DNA of 64,000 nt from Candidatus Wolfebacteria bacterium RIFOXYD12_FULL_48_21. Lineage in GTDB: Bacteria > Patescibacteriota > Minisyncoccia > UBA6257 > UBA9933. Made by a program: the position numbers and the translations under genes. Where the stretch lies: NCBI GenBank assembly GCA_001793945.1, contig MGIW01000006.1, forward strand, positions 70,179 through 134,178, written 5' to 3'. The notes beneath the pieces were generated by a model. The model was not told the DNA's origin, made no database searches, and saw only the letters and a program-made list of their open reading frames with translations. Below, piece by piece: positions 38,658 to 48,606 of the stretch (position 1 is its first letter; each line of letters begins with the position of its first letter).

Positions 38658-39172
38658 AACAGCGCATATCCATACAATCGGGAGGATTTCTTCTTGTCGA
38701 AGCCATGGTATCTATGAGCGTATTGATGGTCGGCGTGCTTGGTATATTTGCGCTCATGTCCCAGTCGATCAAACTTACTCGAGTGATCAACGATCAATAT
38801 GTTTCCACCTATCTTGCGGCAGAGGGAATCGAAGTGGTAAAGAACATACTTGATTCAAATGCGCTTACCGATCCCGGCGCATGGAATGCCGGAGGGTTTG
38901 ATGCGGCTGCGTGCTACGAACTTGACTATACAACCGATGATATTGGCTCCGCGCTGTCGGCGTCGTGTTCGGGAAGCGGTGCTACGCCCTTGCTGTTCGA
39001 TGGCTCTGTTTATAGTTATGCGGGCGGAACGGCGAGCGGTTATTCGCGAACGGTGCAGATCGCTCCGATCATGGATGGCGCGCAGATCGGTGTGCGCGTG
39101 CGTTCCATTGTGCGTTGGGCCGGCGGAGAACAATCGTTTGCACTGGAGGACACATTTTATGCGTGGCATTGA
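38654..39172 (+). CDS. Minor pilin (PilV-like)
   Basis: GG|FLLVEAMVS...YLAAEGIEVV. Confidence 0.85.
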   Translation: MKQRISIQSGGFLLVEAMVSMSVLMVGVLGIFALMSQSIKLTRVINDQYVSTYLAAEGIEVVKNILDSNALTDPGAWNAGGFDAAACYELDYTTDDIGSALSASCSGSGATPLLFDGSVYSYAGGTASGYSRTVQIAPIMDGAQIGVRVRSIVRWAGGEQSFALEDTFYAWH

Positions 39173-39180
39173 TCATGACT

Positions 39181-39846
39181 ATGGCATGTAAACAAAAACA
39201 AAAAATGCAAAGAGGATTCACCTTGATCGAACTGATCGTCGCATTCGGTATTTTTGCCATTCTGATCACTATTGCCTCCGGGAGTTTTGTGCGTTCGTTG
39301 CGCATTCAGCGGGTTTCGTTGCAGCTCATGGCGGTCAACGACAATATGGCAATAACTCTGGAACAGATGATGCGCGAGATGCGGACCGGGTATAACTTTT
39401 GCACCAACACGGAAAATCTTTCTGCTGCCGATCCTTCCGTGCAGGCGCAATGCGCCGCACTGGACAACGGAGAGATTCAATTCGTGACCGCCGGCAATGT
39501 TTTGGTGCGGTATCGCTTGAAAAACGAGGCCATTCAAAAGGGTGTTGGCGTTGCCGCATGGGATCCGGCAAATCCGCCTGAAACGGCTTGCGACGAGGGT
39601 GAGTTTGATGCGACCAGCGGTGTTTGTTATCGCACTATGACCGCGGATACGATCAAGGTCTCTGATGCCAATTTTCGTGCGTTGCACAACGATGTGGAAG
39701 TTTCTCCGTTGTATCCACCGCGCATCGTGCTGAGTTTTGCTGTTACCAGCAGCGATCCTTTGGTCGAGGCGTTTGCGAGTCCCATTACCATTCAAACGAC
39801 AGTGAGTGCGCGGTGTGGGGTTAGCTCGTGCCCCTCCGACTCGTAA
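39181..39846 (+). CDS. Minor pilin (PilW/GspJ-like)
   Basis: RG|FTLIELIVA...MMREMRTG. Confidence 0.85.
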   Translation: MACKQKQKMQRGFTLIELIVAFGIFAILITIASGSFVRSLRIQRVSLQLMAVNDNMAITLEQMMREMRTGYNFCTNTENLSAADPSVQAQCAALDNGEIQFVTAGNVLVRYRLKNEAIQKGVGVAAWDPANPPETACDEGEFDATSGVCYRTMTADTIKVSDANFRALHNDVEVSPLYPPRIVLSFAVTSSDPLVEAFASPITIQTTVSARCGVSSCPSDS

Positions 39847-39961
39847 TAGGATGGTTCACGGTTGACGGCTCATAGTTTACGGGCGGAAGCAGTTGGTGCA
39901 TTTAGTCGACTGTGAACCGTAAACTGTTAATGGTTATCGAAGAATAAACAGTCTAAATACA

Positions 39962-40363
39962 ATGCAATCGTTTATGAAGCGACCTAACATAAAAAAATAT
40001 ACCCAACGGGGGCAGGCTATGATCCTGACGGTGCTCGTGTTGTCGAGCATCGTGCTTTCGTTGTCATCCATCGGCGGGTATTTGATGCTGGTCCGCTTGC
40101 GCATCAGTTCCGATATCGGCAATACCATGCGCGCCATTTACATTGCCGATGCGGGGCTTGAGTGTGAAGCATATAACCATTTCAAAAATAGCGATGCGGC
40201 GGGATTTTGTGCTGATGCCGCCCGAAATGCTTTTCTGTCCGGTGAAGTTGATGATACGGCGCGTTTTTATTATGAAACGGTCTATGTATCTGCTGCACCT
40301 TCGTATATTCGTTCCATTGGAACTGCTCGGAATGTAAACCGGTCGTTCCGGCTTGATTTCTGA
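39962..40363 (+). CDS. Minor pilin (PilX-like)
   Basis: RG|QAMILTV (no Glu5)...AIYIADAGLEC. Confidence 0.8.
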   Translation: MQSFMKRPNIKKYTQRGQAMILTVLVLSSIVLSLSSIGGYLMLVRLRISSDIGNTMRAIYIADAGLECEAYNHFKNSDAAGFCADAARNAFLSGEVDDTARFYYETVYVSAAPSYIRSIGTARNVNRSFRLDF

Positions 40364-40477
40364 AATAACCCATAGGCATAAGACATGTTGGACATATGCA
40401 TTTATGGCCGGCATTTTATTTCGGGCGGGAAATGGGCTATAGTTATATACATCATATAATCAGATAGAGACACCAAT

Positions 40478-43303
40478 ATGCAATTCAAAAAAGTAGAGAA
40501 AAAGTGGCGGGAGACATGGAAAAAGGAGGGTATCTACCGGACCAAGGATGCGGTGAAAGGAAAGAAAAACTTTTACAGCATGGTCATGTTTCCGTACCCG
40601 TCGGGGGATCTGCACATCGGACATTGGTATAACTTTGCACCCGCGGATGTTTTTACGCGGTTCAAGCGCATGAGCGGTTTCAATGTTCTTTCTCCAATCG
40701 GGTTTGATGCGTTCGGTCTGCCCGCAGAAAATGCGGCCATCAAGCGGGGTATTCATCCGAAGACATGGACATACAAGAATATCAAAACGATGACGGCCCA
40801 GTTGGAGAACATGGGTACGATGTACGATTGGGATCGCCGCGTCATTACTGCCGATCCGGAATATTACAAATGGACGCAATGGATGTTTCTGCAGTTGTTC
40901 CATGCAGGGCTTGCGTACCGCACGAAGGCGAAGGCGAATTGGTGTCCGAAGGATCGGACCGTTCTTGCGAACGAACAGGTCATCGACGGCAAGTGCGACC
41001 GGTGCGGAACGGAGGTCATCCAGCGCGACATCGACCAGTGGCTTCTGAAGATTACCGATTATGCGGAGCGTTTGTTGCAGGATCTGAACGGGCTTGATTG
41101 GCCGGAAAAGACCAAGGCCATGCAGCGCAATTGGATCGGCAAATCCGAAGGTACGACGGTTAAGTTCATGATCGACGGGCTTGATGTGGCTATTTCCAAG
41201 GAAACATTCAAGTTCATGCCGCATCTTATCCCATCGGTACTGTCCGGTGAAAAACGCATTACCTATCGGCTTGAACCGAAAGCAGTGAAGACCGGCGACA
41301 TTGTGCAGCTCATCAACCATGCGAGCAAGGAGCGCTTTGCTTTGGCGCGCATCACCAAGGTGGTGAAGGACACAATGAAGCATGTGTCTGAAACGCAAGA
41401 AGGGCACGAGAAATTCAAGACCCGGAAGGAGTTTTATGCTACATATTCAAAATACTACGACAAGAAGGTTGTCGATGATACCGATATATGGATGTATCAT
41501 ATGGAGGTTATCGACGATTCCATCGATGTGTTTACGACGCGCGTGGATACTATTTTTGGTTGCACCTATGTCGTGGTCGCTCCCGAGCACCGGCTTATCG
41601 GGACATTGCAAAAACAAATAACAAATAGCAGGGAGGTTTCCGCATATGTTGCAAAGGCGCGCAAAAAGTTGGAACGAGAGCGCATGATCGAGGAAAAGAA
41701 AAAGACCGGCGTCGAGTTGCAGGGGATCAAGGCGATCAATCCGTTTACGGGCGAACGCGTACCGGTGTTTGTTGCCGACTATGTTTTGGGTGGTTATGGT
41801 ACGGGTGCCGTTATGGCCGTTCCCGCGCATGACGAGCGCGATCTTGCATTTGCGAAGCAGTTTGGTCTACCGATTAAGACCTCCATTGTCGCAAAAGATG
41901 CCGCGCCGGCCGACGAATGCATGACCGAAGATGGCGTGCTTGTCGATTCCGAATCGTTTACCGGTATGGATTCCGCCGCGGCCCGCACGCACATGACGGC
42001 GTGGCTTGAGCATGAGCGGCGCGGAACAGGGAAGGTAAACTATAAGCTGCGTGATTGGCTTATATCGCGCCAGCGCTATTGGGGCTCTCCCATTCCGCTT
42101 GTGTTTTGTGAACGGTGCAAGGCGCGCATCGAATCGGGTGAATATAAAAAGGGCGAATTCACCAAGGGTGAACTCGCAAATCCTGGCTGGATTGGTGTTG
42201 CCGAAAAAACGCTTCCGGTGTTGTTGCCGACGGTGAAAAACTATTTGCCGACCGAAGAAGGAAAATCACCCTTGGCGCATTCGAAGGCGTTCGTGAATGC
42301 TCCCTGCCCGCGATGCAAAGGAAAGGGTGCGCGCGAGACCGATACCATGGATACATTCATGTGCTCATCGTGGTACTATTTGCGCTACCCCGACCCGCAC
42401 AACGCGAAGCGGTTTGCCGATGAAAAGAAGCTTGCGGCATGGTTGCCGGCCGATATGTATGTCGGCGGAGCCGAGCATTCCGTAATGCATTTGCTCTATG
42501 CGCGTTTCTTTACCAAGGTATTGCATGACCTTAAGCTCCTTAAGTTTAAAGAGCCATTTACTGCACTGCGGCACCAGGGAACGATTCTTGGCCCCGATGG
42601 ACAAAAAATGTCCAAGTCGAAAGGCAATGTCATCGATCCAGATGATCTGGTAGATACATTTGGCGCCGATGCCGTGCGCATGTACCTGTGCTTCATGGGG
42701 CCGTATGATCAGGGCGGACCATGGCAGCCCGGAGGGATGATCGGTATCGCCCGATTTTTGCAACGCGTCGAGCGGTTGTATGATGCACATATGCAGCGTG
42801 CATCTTCTGCAAAGCGGGTCACTGCGAGTGCTTCTTTGAAAAAGGCATTGCATCAGACTATTAAAAAGGTAGGGGAAGATATCGGCGATTTCCGTTTTAA
42901 CACGGCAGTAAGTGCGTTGATGATATTGCTCAATGTCATGGAAGACCAGCGTGATTCGATTGATACGGAAACGCTGGAGCAATTCCTTGTCATGCTCGCT
43001 CCTTTTGCTCCGTATTTTTCCGAAGAGTTGTATCGTGGCGTGTTGGGCAAGAAGACATCTATTCATATCGCGGCATGGCCAAAATACAATGTCCGGTTGT
43101 CTGCCGAAGACGAATTTGAATTGGTCGTGCAGATCAACGGAAAGACGCGTGATACCGTGCGGGTATCAAAGGGGGTTACGCAGGAGCGTGCGCGTGAGCT
43201 TGCACTTGCTTCGAAAAAGGTGCGCGATGCCGCTCCCGGCATGCGGATCAAAAAGGTCATCTTTGTGCCCGATCGTCTCATTAATCTTGTTATCGAATCA
43301 TGA
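40478..43303 (+). CDS. leuS: Leucine--tRNA ligase with an inserted ASCH-like domain
   Basis: MFPYPSGDLHIGH, GTGAVMAVPAHD, SRQRYWG, KMSKS. Confidence 0.97.
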   Translation: MQFKKVEKKWRETWKKEGIYRTKDAVKGKKNFYSMVMFPYPSGDLHIGHWYNFAPADVFTRFKRMSGFNVLSPIGFDAFGLPAENAAIKRGIHPKTWTYKNIKTMTAQLENMGTMYDWDRRVITADPEYYKWTQWMFLQLFHAGLAYRTKAKANWCPKDRTVLANEQVIDGKCDRCGTEVIQRDIDQWLLKITDYAERLLQDLNGLDWPEKTKAMQRNWIGKSEGTTVKFMIDGLDVAISKETFKFMPHLIPSVLSGEKRITYRLEPKAVKTGDIVQLINHASKERFALARITKVVKDTMKHVSETQEGHEKFKTRKEFYATYSKYYDKKVVDDTDIWMYHMEVIDDSIDVFTTRVDTIFGCTYVVVAPEHRLIGTLQKQITNSREVSAYVAKARKKLERERMIEEKKKTGVELQGIKAINPFTGERVPVFVADYVLGGYGTGAVMAVPAHDERDLAFAKQFGLPIKTSIVAKDAAPADECMTEDGVLVDSESFTGMDSAAARTHMTAWLEHERRGTGKVNYKLRDWLISRQRYWGSPIPLVFCERCKARIESGEYKKGEFTKGELANPGWIGVAEKTLPVLLPTVKNYLPTEEGKSPLAHSKAFVNAPCPRCKGKGARETDTMDTFMCSSWYYLRYPDPHNAKRFADEKKLAAWLPADMYVGGAEHSVMHLLYARFFTKVLHDLKLLKFKEPFTALRHQGTILGPDGQKMSKSKGNVIDPDDLVDTFGADAVRMYLCFMGPYDQGGPWQPGGMIGIARFLQRVERLYDAHMQRASSAKRVTASASLKKALHQTIKKVGEDIGDFRFNTAVSALMILLNVMEDQRDSIDTETLEQFLVMLAPFAPYFSEELYRGVLGKKTSIHIAAWPKYNVRLSAEDEFELVVQINGKTRDTVRVSKGVTQERARELALASKKVRDAAPGMRIKKVIFVPDRLINLVIES

Positions 43304-43469
43304 CAAAACATCTTGGCACGATCATCGCGTGGATTATCCTTGCGGGTGTCGCGTTGTACATTGTCCGGCATTTTGCCGAACTTACGGGTGGTGCCTCCGT
43401 GGTGCGGGGGTTGTTTGAATGATCGCCTTTACATAAAAAAACAGCGACGGGAGTCGCTGTTTTTTTATG

Positions 43470-44525
43470 TCAACCATTTTTCTCCGTCAATTTTGCCGAT
43501 AGGGAAAGCGTGCGATTCTTGCGCAATACCGTGAGATAAATAGTATCGCCCACCTCGTATTTTTCAAGCAATTCGCCGAGCGGTTTTTCTGCACTGATCA
43601 ATTCTTTGTTGCACTCCACAATCAGATCGTGCTCTTTCAGCCCGGCAATGGCGGCGGGGCTTTTATCGATGACGCTCTTCATATACGGGCTTGGGCTTAC
43701 CACGAGCGCTCCATGATCGGCGGGAAGCTTTAGCCTGCTCTGCATGTTTTCCGTGACCGTAACATAGTGCACTCCGAGAAACGGTTGACGAATGTGACCA
43801 TAGCGCTGCAGGTCTGTGAGGTCCCTTTTGAGCGTGTTGATCGGCAATGCAAAACCGATATTTTGCGCTCCTTGGATGATCGCCACATTTATGCCGATGA
43901 CCTTCCCGGTGCTGTTGATCAGCGGACCTCCCGAGTTGCCCGGGTTGATTGCCGCATCGGTTTGAATAAGTCCGTGGATCTCTTGAATGGGGGAGCGCGC
44001 GTCTATCTGTGCGGTTATCGCCCGGGAAAGGCCGGAAACGATTCCTTTGGAAACGGTGTTCTGGAATATGCCTAACGCATTGCCGACAGTGATGACGGGT
44101 TCGCCCAGCTCAAGGTGCGCTGAGTCGCCCAAGGAGAGAAAGGGGAATGTGCCCCCATTATCGATCTTCAATATGGCGATGTCGCTCAACGGGTCGCGCG
44201 CAAGTATTTTTGCCTGATATTTTTGTCCGTCATTGGTGATGACGGTGTAGGCGTTCTTCACATCGCTTACGATATGCCGATTGCTGACCACAATCCCTGA
44301 GGGGTCGATGATAAACCCTGACCCATTTCCGACCTTCAGCATGCCGCGCTTATCCGTTTGTTGCCTTAAAAAGCCGAGCTCGCGCTGCTTGAGCCAAAGC
44401 GGAATATCGGGATATTGCTCCGTTGCTTCTTTTTCTATTTCGCCAAATTTTTTTGATACGACGATCGTTACCGTGGCGGGTAGCGCCTTTTTAACGACCG
44501 ATACAAAGCCATCCGTGTGTTCCAT
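43470..44525 (-). CDS. HtrA/DegP-family serine protease with PDZ domain
   Basis: GSGFII, SNRHIV, QTDAAINPGNSGGPL, C-terminal PDZ. Confidence 0.92.
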   Translation of the reverse strand: MEHTDGFVSVVKKALPATVTIVVSKKFGEIEKEATEQYPDIPLWLKQRELGFLRQQTDKRGMLKVGNGSGFIIDPSGIVVSNRHIVSDVKNAYTVITNDGQKYQAKILARDPLSDIAILKIDNGGTFPFLSLGDSAHLELGEPVITVGNALGIFQNTVSKGIVSGLSRAITAQIDARSPIQEIHGLIQTDAAINPGNSGGPLINSTGKVIGINVAIIQGAQNIGFALPINTLKRDLTDLQRYGHIRQPFLGVHYVTVTENMQSRLKLPADHGALVVSPSPYMKSVIDKSPAAIAGLKEHDLIVECNKELISAEKPLGELLEKYEVGDTIYLTVLRKNRTLSLSAKLTEKNG

Positions 44526-44646
44526 ATAATCATATTGTATCATGAAGCATGTAGCCGTGTCATTTCTGGCCCCACCACCAAGATGTTTCACAAGTTGGCA
44601 TGGGCATGCGTTCACGGGAATGACGATGCGTGCTATACTGTATCGT

Positions 44647-45525
44647 ATGAACATTCGGCGGCCTACCGATCTGCGCAAAAAGCGCGATAAACAGGATGTA
44701 CGAAAAAAATATTTCATCGCCGTTGCTGGTGTTGTTTTTTTGTCGTTGACAGGGTTGGCATTGCTTGCCGTGAAGCAATCCGATTTTTTTACGGTTCGCG
44801 CCGTGGAGGTTTCCGGCGTGCCGGCTGTTTATGGCGAGCAGGTGCTGCGGGATATGAAAGCGTTTTCTCGTGAGCATTCGTTACTGTTTCGATTTTTGGG
44901 AGCCGATAATATGCTTGCGTGGAGTGGTGACCCTGATGAATTTCTTGATGCAAATCCGCAGTTCAAAACATTGCGTGTGCAAAAGGATCCCGTGCATCGC
45001 GCCATCAAGATTGTCATTGATGTGCGTGAAAAATTTGGCGTATGGTGCGGAGCGGGAAGCGGCGATGATGTCCGCTTTATCGTGGACGAGGGCACGGCGA
45101 CTGCGACCGAAAGCGGTGTCACTGTTAGCGATACCATGGGTGAATGTTATTGGTTTGATCGCGATGGCGTTCTGTTTGCCAAGGCGCCGCAGGTGCAAAG
45201 CGAGCTGTTCAATCGCGTGCAGGATTCCACGGGGCGCGCGCTTGTATTGCGCGACAAGATCCTTCCCGACCGTTTATTCGTCAATATGGTCAAGATCTTT
45301 GCGCTTTTAGAGGTCGCTGATATCAACACAAAGACCGTATTCCTTCGGGACCTTGAGCTTGAAGAGGTGTTCGTTGACTCCGTTTCTGACCCCACGCTTT
45401 ATTTTTCTCTTCACGAGAGCCCTGATTTTGCATTGAGCGCCATTGATGCCATAAAGAAATCGGGTGGTTGGGGCGGTCTCGGCTATGTCGATCTGCGTTC
45501 GGAAAATAGGGCATACTACCGTTGA
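44647..45525 (+). CDS. FtsQ/DivIB-like protein
   Basis: Basic N-terminus, one TM, POTRA-like region, terminal YVDLR.ENRAYY. Confidence 0.65.
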   Translation: MNIRRPTDLRKKRDKQDVRKKYFIAVAGVVFLSLTGLALLAVKQSDFFTVRAVEVSGVPAVYGEQVLRDMKAFSREHSLLFRFLGADNMLAWSGDPDEFLDANPQFKTLRVQKDPVHRAIKIVIDVREKFGVWCGAGSGDDVRFIVDEGTATATESGVTVSDTMGECYWFDRDGVLFAKAPQVQSELFNRVQDSTGRALVLRDKILPDRLFVNMVKIFALLEVADINTKTVFLRDLELEEVFVDSVSDPTLYFSLHESPDFALSAIDAIKKSGGWGGLGYVDLRSENRAYYR

Positions 45526-45587
45526 GTTGTAGCTTTCTCGGTGTAAAAAATCAGTTGGTGTGGTAATATGAAGTGTATTTAAGCTAT

Positions 45588-47282
45588 ATGGAGGGAAACA
45601 TTTTCTTACAAATAAGTACGCTGCTTGCGTTGACCGTATCCATTGCCTTTTTGGTGCGTTTATTAAAGCAGCCTTTGATTATCGCCTATATCGTTGCCGG
45701 TATCGTTGCGGGCCCGATGTTTTTTAACCTGCTTCACGGCGGAAAGGATCTGTATGAGATATTCGCCCAGTTTGGCGTGGTGCTGCTGCTTTTTGTCATC
45801 GGCCTCAATTTGAACTTTAACCACCTGAAGAGCATCGGCCGGATTTCCTTTATTACCGGTGCGGGGCAAGTGATTTTTACGGGCGTCATGGGTGCCCTTA
45901 TTTTATTGGCAATGAATATGTCGGTCACTACTTCGATCTACTTGGCGGTGGCGATGACATTTTCCAGCACCATCATCATCATGAAGTTCCTGACTGATAA
46001 AAAAGACACGGAAACCATTTATGGGAAATATACGATCGGGCTCATGTTGGTCCAGGATATCATTGCAGTGCTTATCTTGGTCGTGATCGGTATTTTGAGA
46101 TACGAAGGCGGCATTATGGATTCTTTGGGAATTCTCATCTTGAAAATCTTTTTCATGATTGCGCTCGTTGTGGTGGCGTCAAAATATCTTTTGCCTAGGA
46201 TATTGGATAGGATATCCCACTCGAGCGAACTGCTATTCATATTTACCATTACGTGGTGTTTTGGCATTTCAAGCCTTATTTACCTTTCCGGATTTTCCGT
46301 CGAGCTTGGGGCGATCGCCGCGGGTCTTTCGCTTGGATCGTCGCCGTATCAGCCGGAAATAGGAAGTCGCATCAAGCCTTTGCGGGATTTTTTCCTCGTA
46401 CTATTTTTCGTGGTCTTGGGTAGTAAAATGGCCTTCGCAAGCGTTGCCTCCGTTTGGTTTCCGGGGTTGATTCTTTCGTTGTTCATTTTGATCGGCAATC
46501 CGCTCATTCTTTTTCTGCTTTTTAGGAGTCTTAAGTTTACTCGCCGAAACAGTTTTTTGGCCGGGGTAACGGCGGCTCAGGTTAGCGAGTTCGGATTTGT
46601 CATCTTGTTCACCGGCGAGCAAATGGGGCACCTTTCCGGCATGGAGCTTCCCATCTTTACCATTGTGGCGCTTTCGACCATTTTTATCTCTTCCTATCTT
46701 ATTACCTACAGCGAACGCATCTACAATGTTTTGCTGCCGGTGTTTAATGTATTTGGGAAAGACAAACATCGCCAAGACAATCAAGTTCCTGTCATGTACG
46801 ATGCGTGGGTCGTCGGATATCATCGCATAGGGCGCAGGGTTTGTGAAACTTTGCAGGACATGCATGTGAAATTTGCGGTGGTCGATTTTGACCCATCGGC
46901 TATACGACATTTGCGTCGACAAAAAACCCCTTCTTTTTTTGGAGACATCGGTGATGTCGAATTTGTGCAGGATCTTCCTCTATCAAACGGCAAGCTTCTT
47001 ATTATGACCTTGCCCTCGACTGATGATCAGATCAGCTTGATCAATCATATTCGCAAATCGAATGGAACGACCCTGATCATTGCCAACGCGGCACAATATG
47101 CGGACATGGATATTCTGTATGAAGCGGGCGCCGATTATGTCATGATGCCACACCTTTTGGGAGGTAACTGGATAGCCGATGTGGTAAGGACAAAGCGATG
47201 GACCGCGAAGACATTTTCCGAACTCAAAAAGGATCAGCAGGAACAGGAGCATGCGCTTGGCGACGCAAAGCGGTTTGCGTGA
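45588..47282 (+). CDS. CPA2/Kef-type cation:proton antiporter with TrkA-N domain
   Basis: Multi-TM, FSSTIII, QDI, QVSEF, VGYHRIG. Confidence 0.9.
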   Translation: MEGNIFLQISTLLALTVSIAFLVRLLKQPLIIAYIVAGIVAGPMFFNLLHGGKDLYEIFAQFGVVLLLFVIGLNLNFNHLKSIGRISFITGAGQVIFTGVMGALILLAMNMSVTTSIYLAVAMTFSSTIIIMKFLTDKKDTETIYGKYTIGLMLVQDIIAVLILVVIGILRYEGGIMDSLGILILKIFFMIALVVVASKYLLPRILDRISHSSELLFIFTITWCFGISSLIYLSGFSVELGAIAAGLSLGSSPYQPEIGSRIKPLRDFFLVLFFVVLGSKMAFASVASVWFPGLILSLFILIGNPLILFLLFRSLKFTRRNSFLAGVTAAQVSEFGFVILFTGEQMGHLSGMELPIFTIVALSTIFISSYLITYSERIYNVLLPVFNVFGKDKHRQDNQVPVMYDAWVVGYHRIGRRVCETLQDMHVKFAVVDFDPSAIRHLRRQKTPSFFGDIGDVEFVQDLPLSNGKLLIMTLPSTDDQISLINHIRKSNGTTLIIANAAQYADMDILYEAGADYVMMPHLLGGNWIADVVRTKRWTAKTFSELKKDQQEQEHALGDAKRFA

Positions 47283-47291
47283 TCATGGCGA

Positions 47292-47861
47292 TTACGCCGG
47301 AGGATGCTCATTTTTTACGACCGCAATGCTGAAATTATAGAGTGTGTCTTTCCACTCGGCGGCATAGTCTACGCCGATGCGTTTTTTGCGGATGATATGT
47401 TCCGGCGGAATGACGATATTACGGTCTTCGAACCAAAGCCCATTTTGTTCGGTTGCTTCGAGCGCGTTGAACTCTTTGCCTATTTTTAAGAACTTTGTGA
47501 GTTTTGCCGGACCGTCGATGTGCTCCAGTTCTCCGGTCGGAAGCATGATGAGCGCGCTTCGGATCAATATCGCAGCGGGATAATCTTTTGGACCGGTCAC
47601 GATGTTCAGCATCCAATGCATGCCATAGACGAGATAGACATAGAGCGATCCCGCAGAGGCGAACATGGGCTCGGTGCGAGCCGTGCGTCCTTTGTGCGCG
47701 TGTGATGCCTTGTCGTCGGGGCCGTCATACGCCTCGACCTCGGTGATCATGAGCGTCCAGTGGTGCCCATTGTATTCGCGGATTAAAAATTTGCCCACCA
47801 GATCTTCTGCTACAAGGGGAGTCGGTCTATTGAAAAAATCCGATGTGAGTGGCGTATGCAT
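47292..47861 (-). CDS. mpg: 3-methyladenine DNA glycosylase (MPG family)
   Basis: ITEVEAY, YVYLVYGMHW.LNIV, GPAKL, RIGV. Confidence 0.92.
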   Translation of the reverse strand: MHTPLTSDFFNRPTPLVAEDLVGKFLIREYNGHHWTLMITEVEAYDGPDDKASHAHKGRTARTEPMFASAGSLYVYLVYGMHWMLNIVTGPKDYPAAILIRSALIMLPTGELEHIDGPAKLTKFLKIGKEFNALEATEQNGLWFEDRNIVIPPEHIIRKKRIGVDYAAEWKDTLYNFSIAVVKNEHPPA

Positions 47862-47929
47862 GGGGGGCGAGGGGCCTTTTTTCTTTGCGTTAATTGTACT
47901 ATAATCGTCATAAAGGAGGAAATCATCTT

Positions 47930-48481
47930 ATGTCCATGGATCCTGAACAGCACAATCCGCTTGTAGCCGCCCTTGAGGCACTTTTGTTTGTGCATGGAGA
48001 TCCGTTGGATATCAAAAAGATAGCATCGGTGCTCAAGGCGGAGAAGCAAGATGTGGAACAGGCAATCGCCACACTTACCGGACATTTGGAGCACGCCGAT
48101 CGCGGTTTGATGCTTGTGCATCAAGAATCGCGGGTACAGTTGGCCACCAAGCCAACATTTTCTTCCATGGTGGAACATTTGGTAAAGGATGAATTTGAAG
48201 AAAAGCTCACGCCTGCCGCACTCGAAACGCTTTCGTTGATCGCGTATTTAGGACCTATTTCCCGTGCGCGAGTGGATTACTTGCGCGGTGTCAATTCCTC
48301 ATACTCGGTTCGCAATCTATTGATGCGCGGGTTGGTCGAAAAGACCTCCGATCCGCAAAGTCCGCATGTTGTCGCATATCGGGTCAGCTTTGATCTGCTT
48401 AAGCATCTGGGCGTTTCTTCCATTGAAGATCTCCCTGATTATCAAAAATATAAGACCATCTCTTCGGAAGCCGAAGCATGA
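47930..48481 (+). CDS. scpB: SMC-Scp complex subunit ScpB
   Basis: LEALLF, LETLSLIAY.GP.SR..VDYLRGVNS. Confidence 0.93.
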   Translation: MSMDPEQHNPLVAALEALLFVHGDPLDIKKIASVLKAEKQDVEQAIATLTGHLEHADRGLMLVHQESRVQLATKPTFSSMVEHLVKDEFEEKLTPAALETLSLIAYLGPISRARVDYLRGVNSSYSVRNLLMRGLVEKTSDPQSPHVVAYRVSFDLLKHLGVSSIEDLPDYQKYKTISSEAEA

Positions 48482-48606
48482 TGTGTTTGTTTGTCTACGA
48501 AATCAAAGGTTGCTTCGCAGCCTTTTGATTATCCCCGGTGCTTTTGGTAGAATGGGCATAGTGTGAAATGTGTATCATTTTGCTTCCCTGAACCGAAATA
48601 ATCTTC

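Noticed and set aside
1014-40363. Pilins as additional DGR targets
   Set aside because: By eye no pilin 3' end matches the TR. A computed search of the whole genome is still needed for remote VRs.
41170-41515. LeuRS insertion as an intein
   Set aside because: It lacks an N-terminal Cys/Ser block A and a C-terminal His-Asn.
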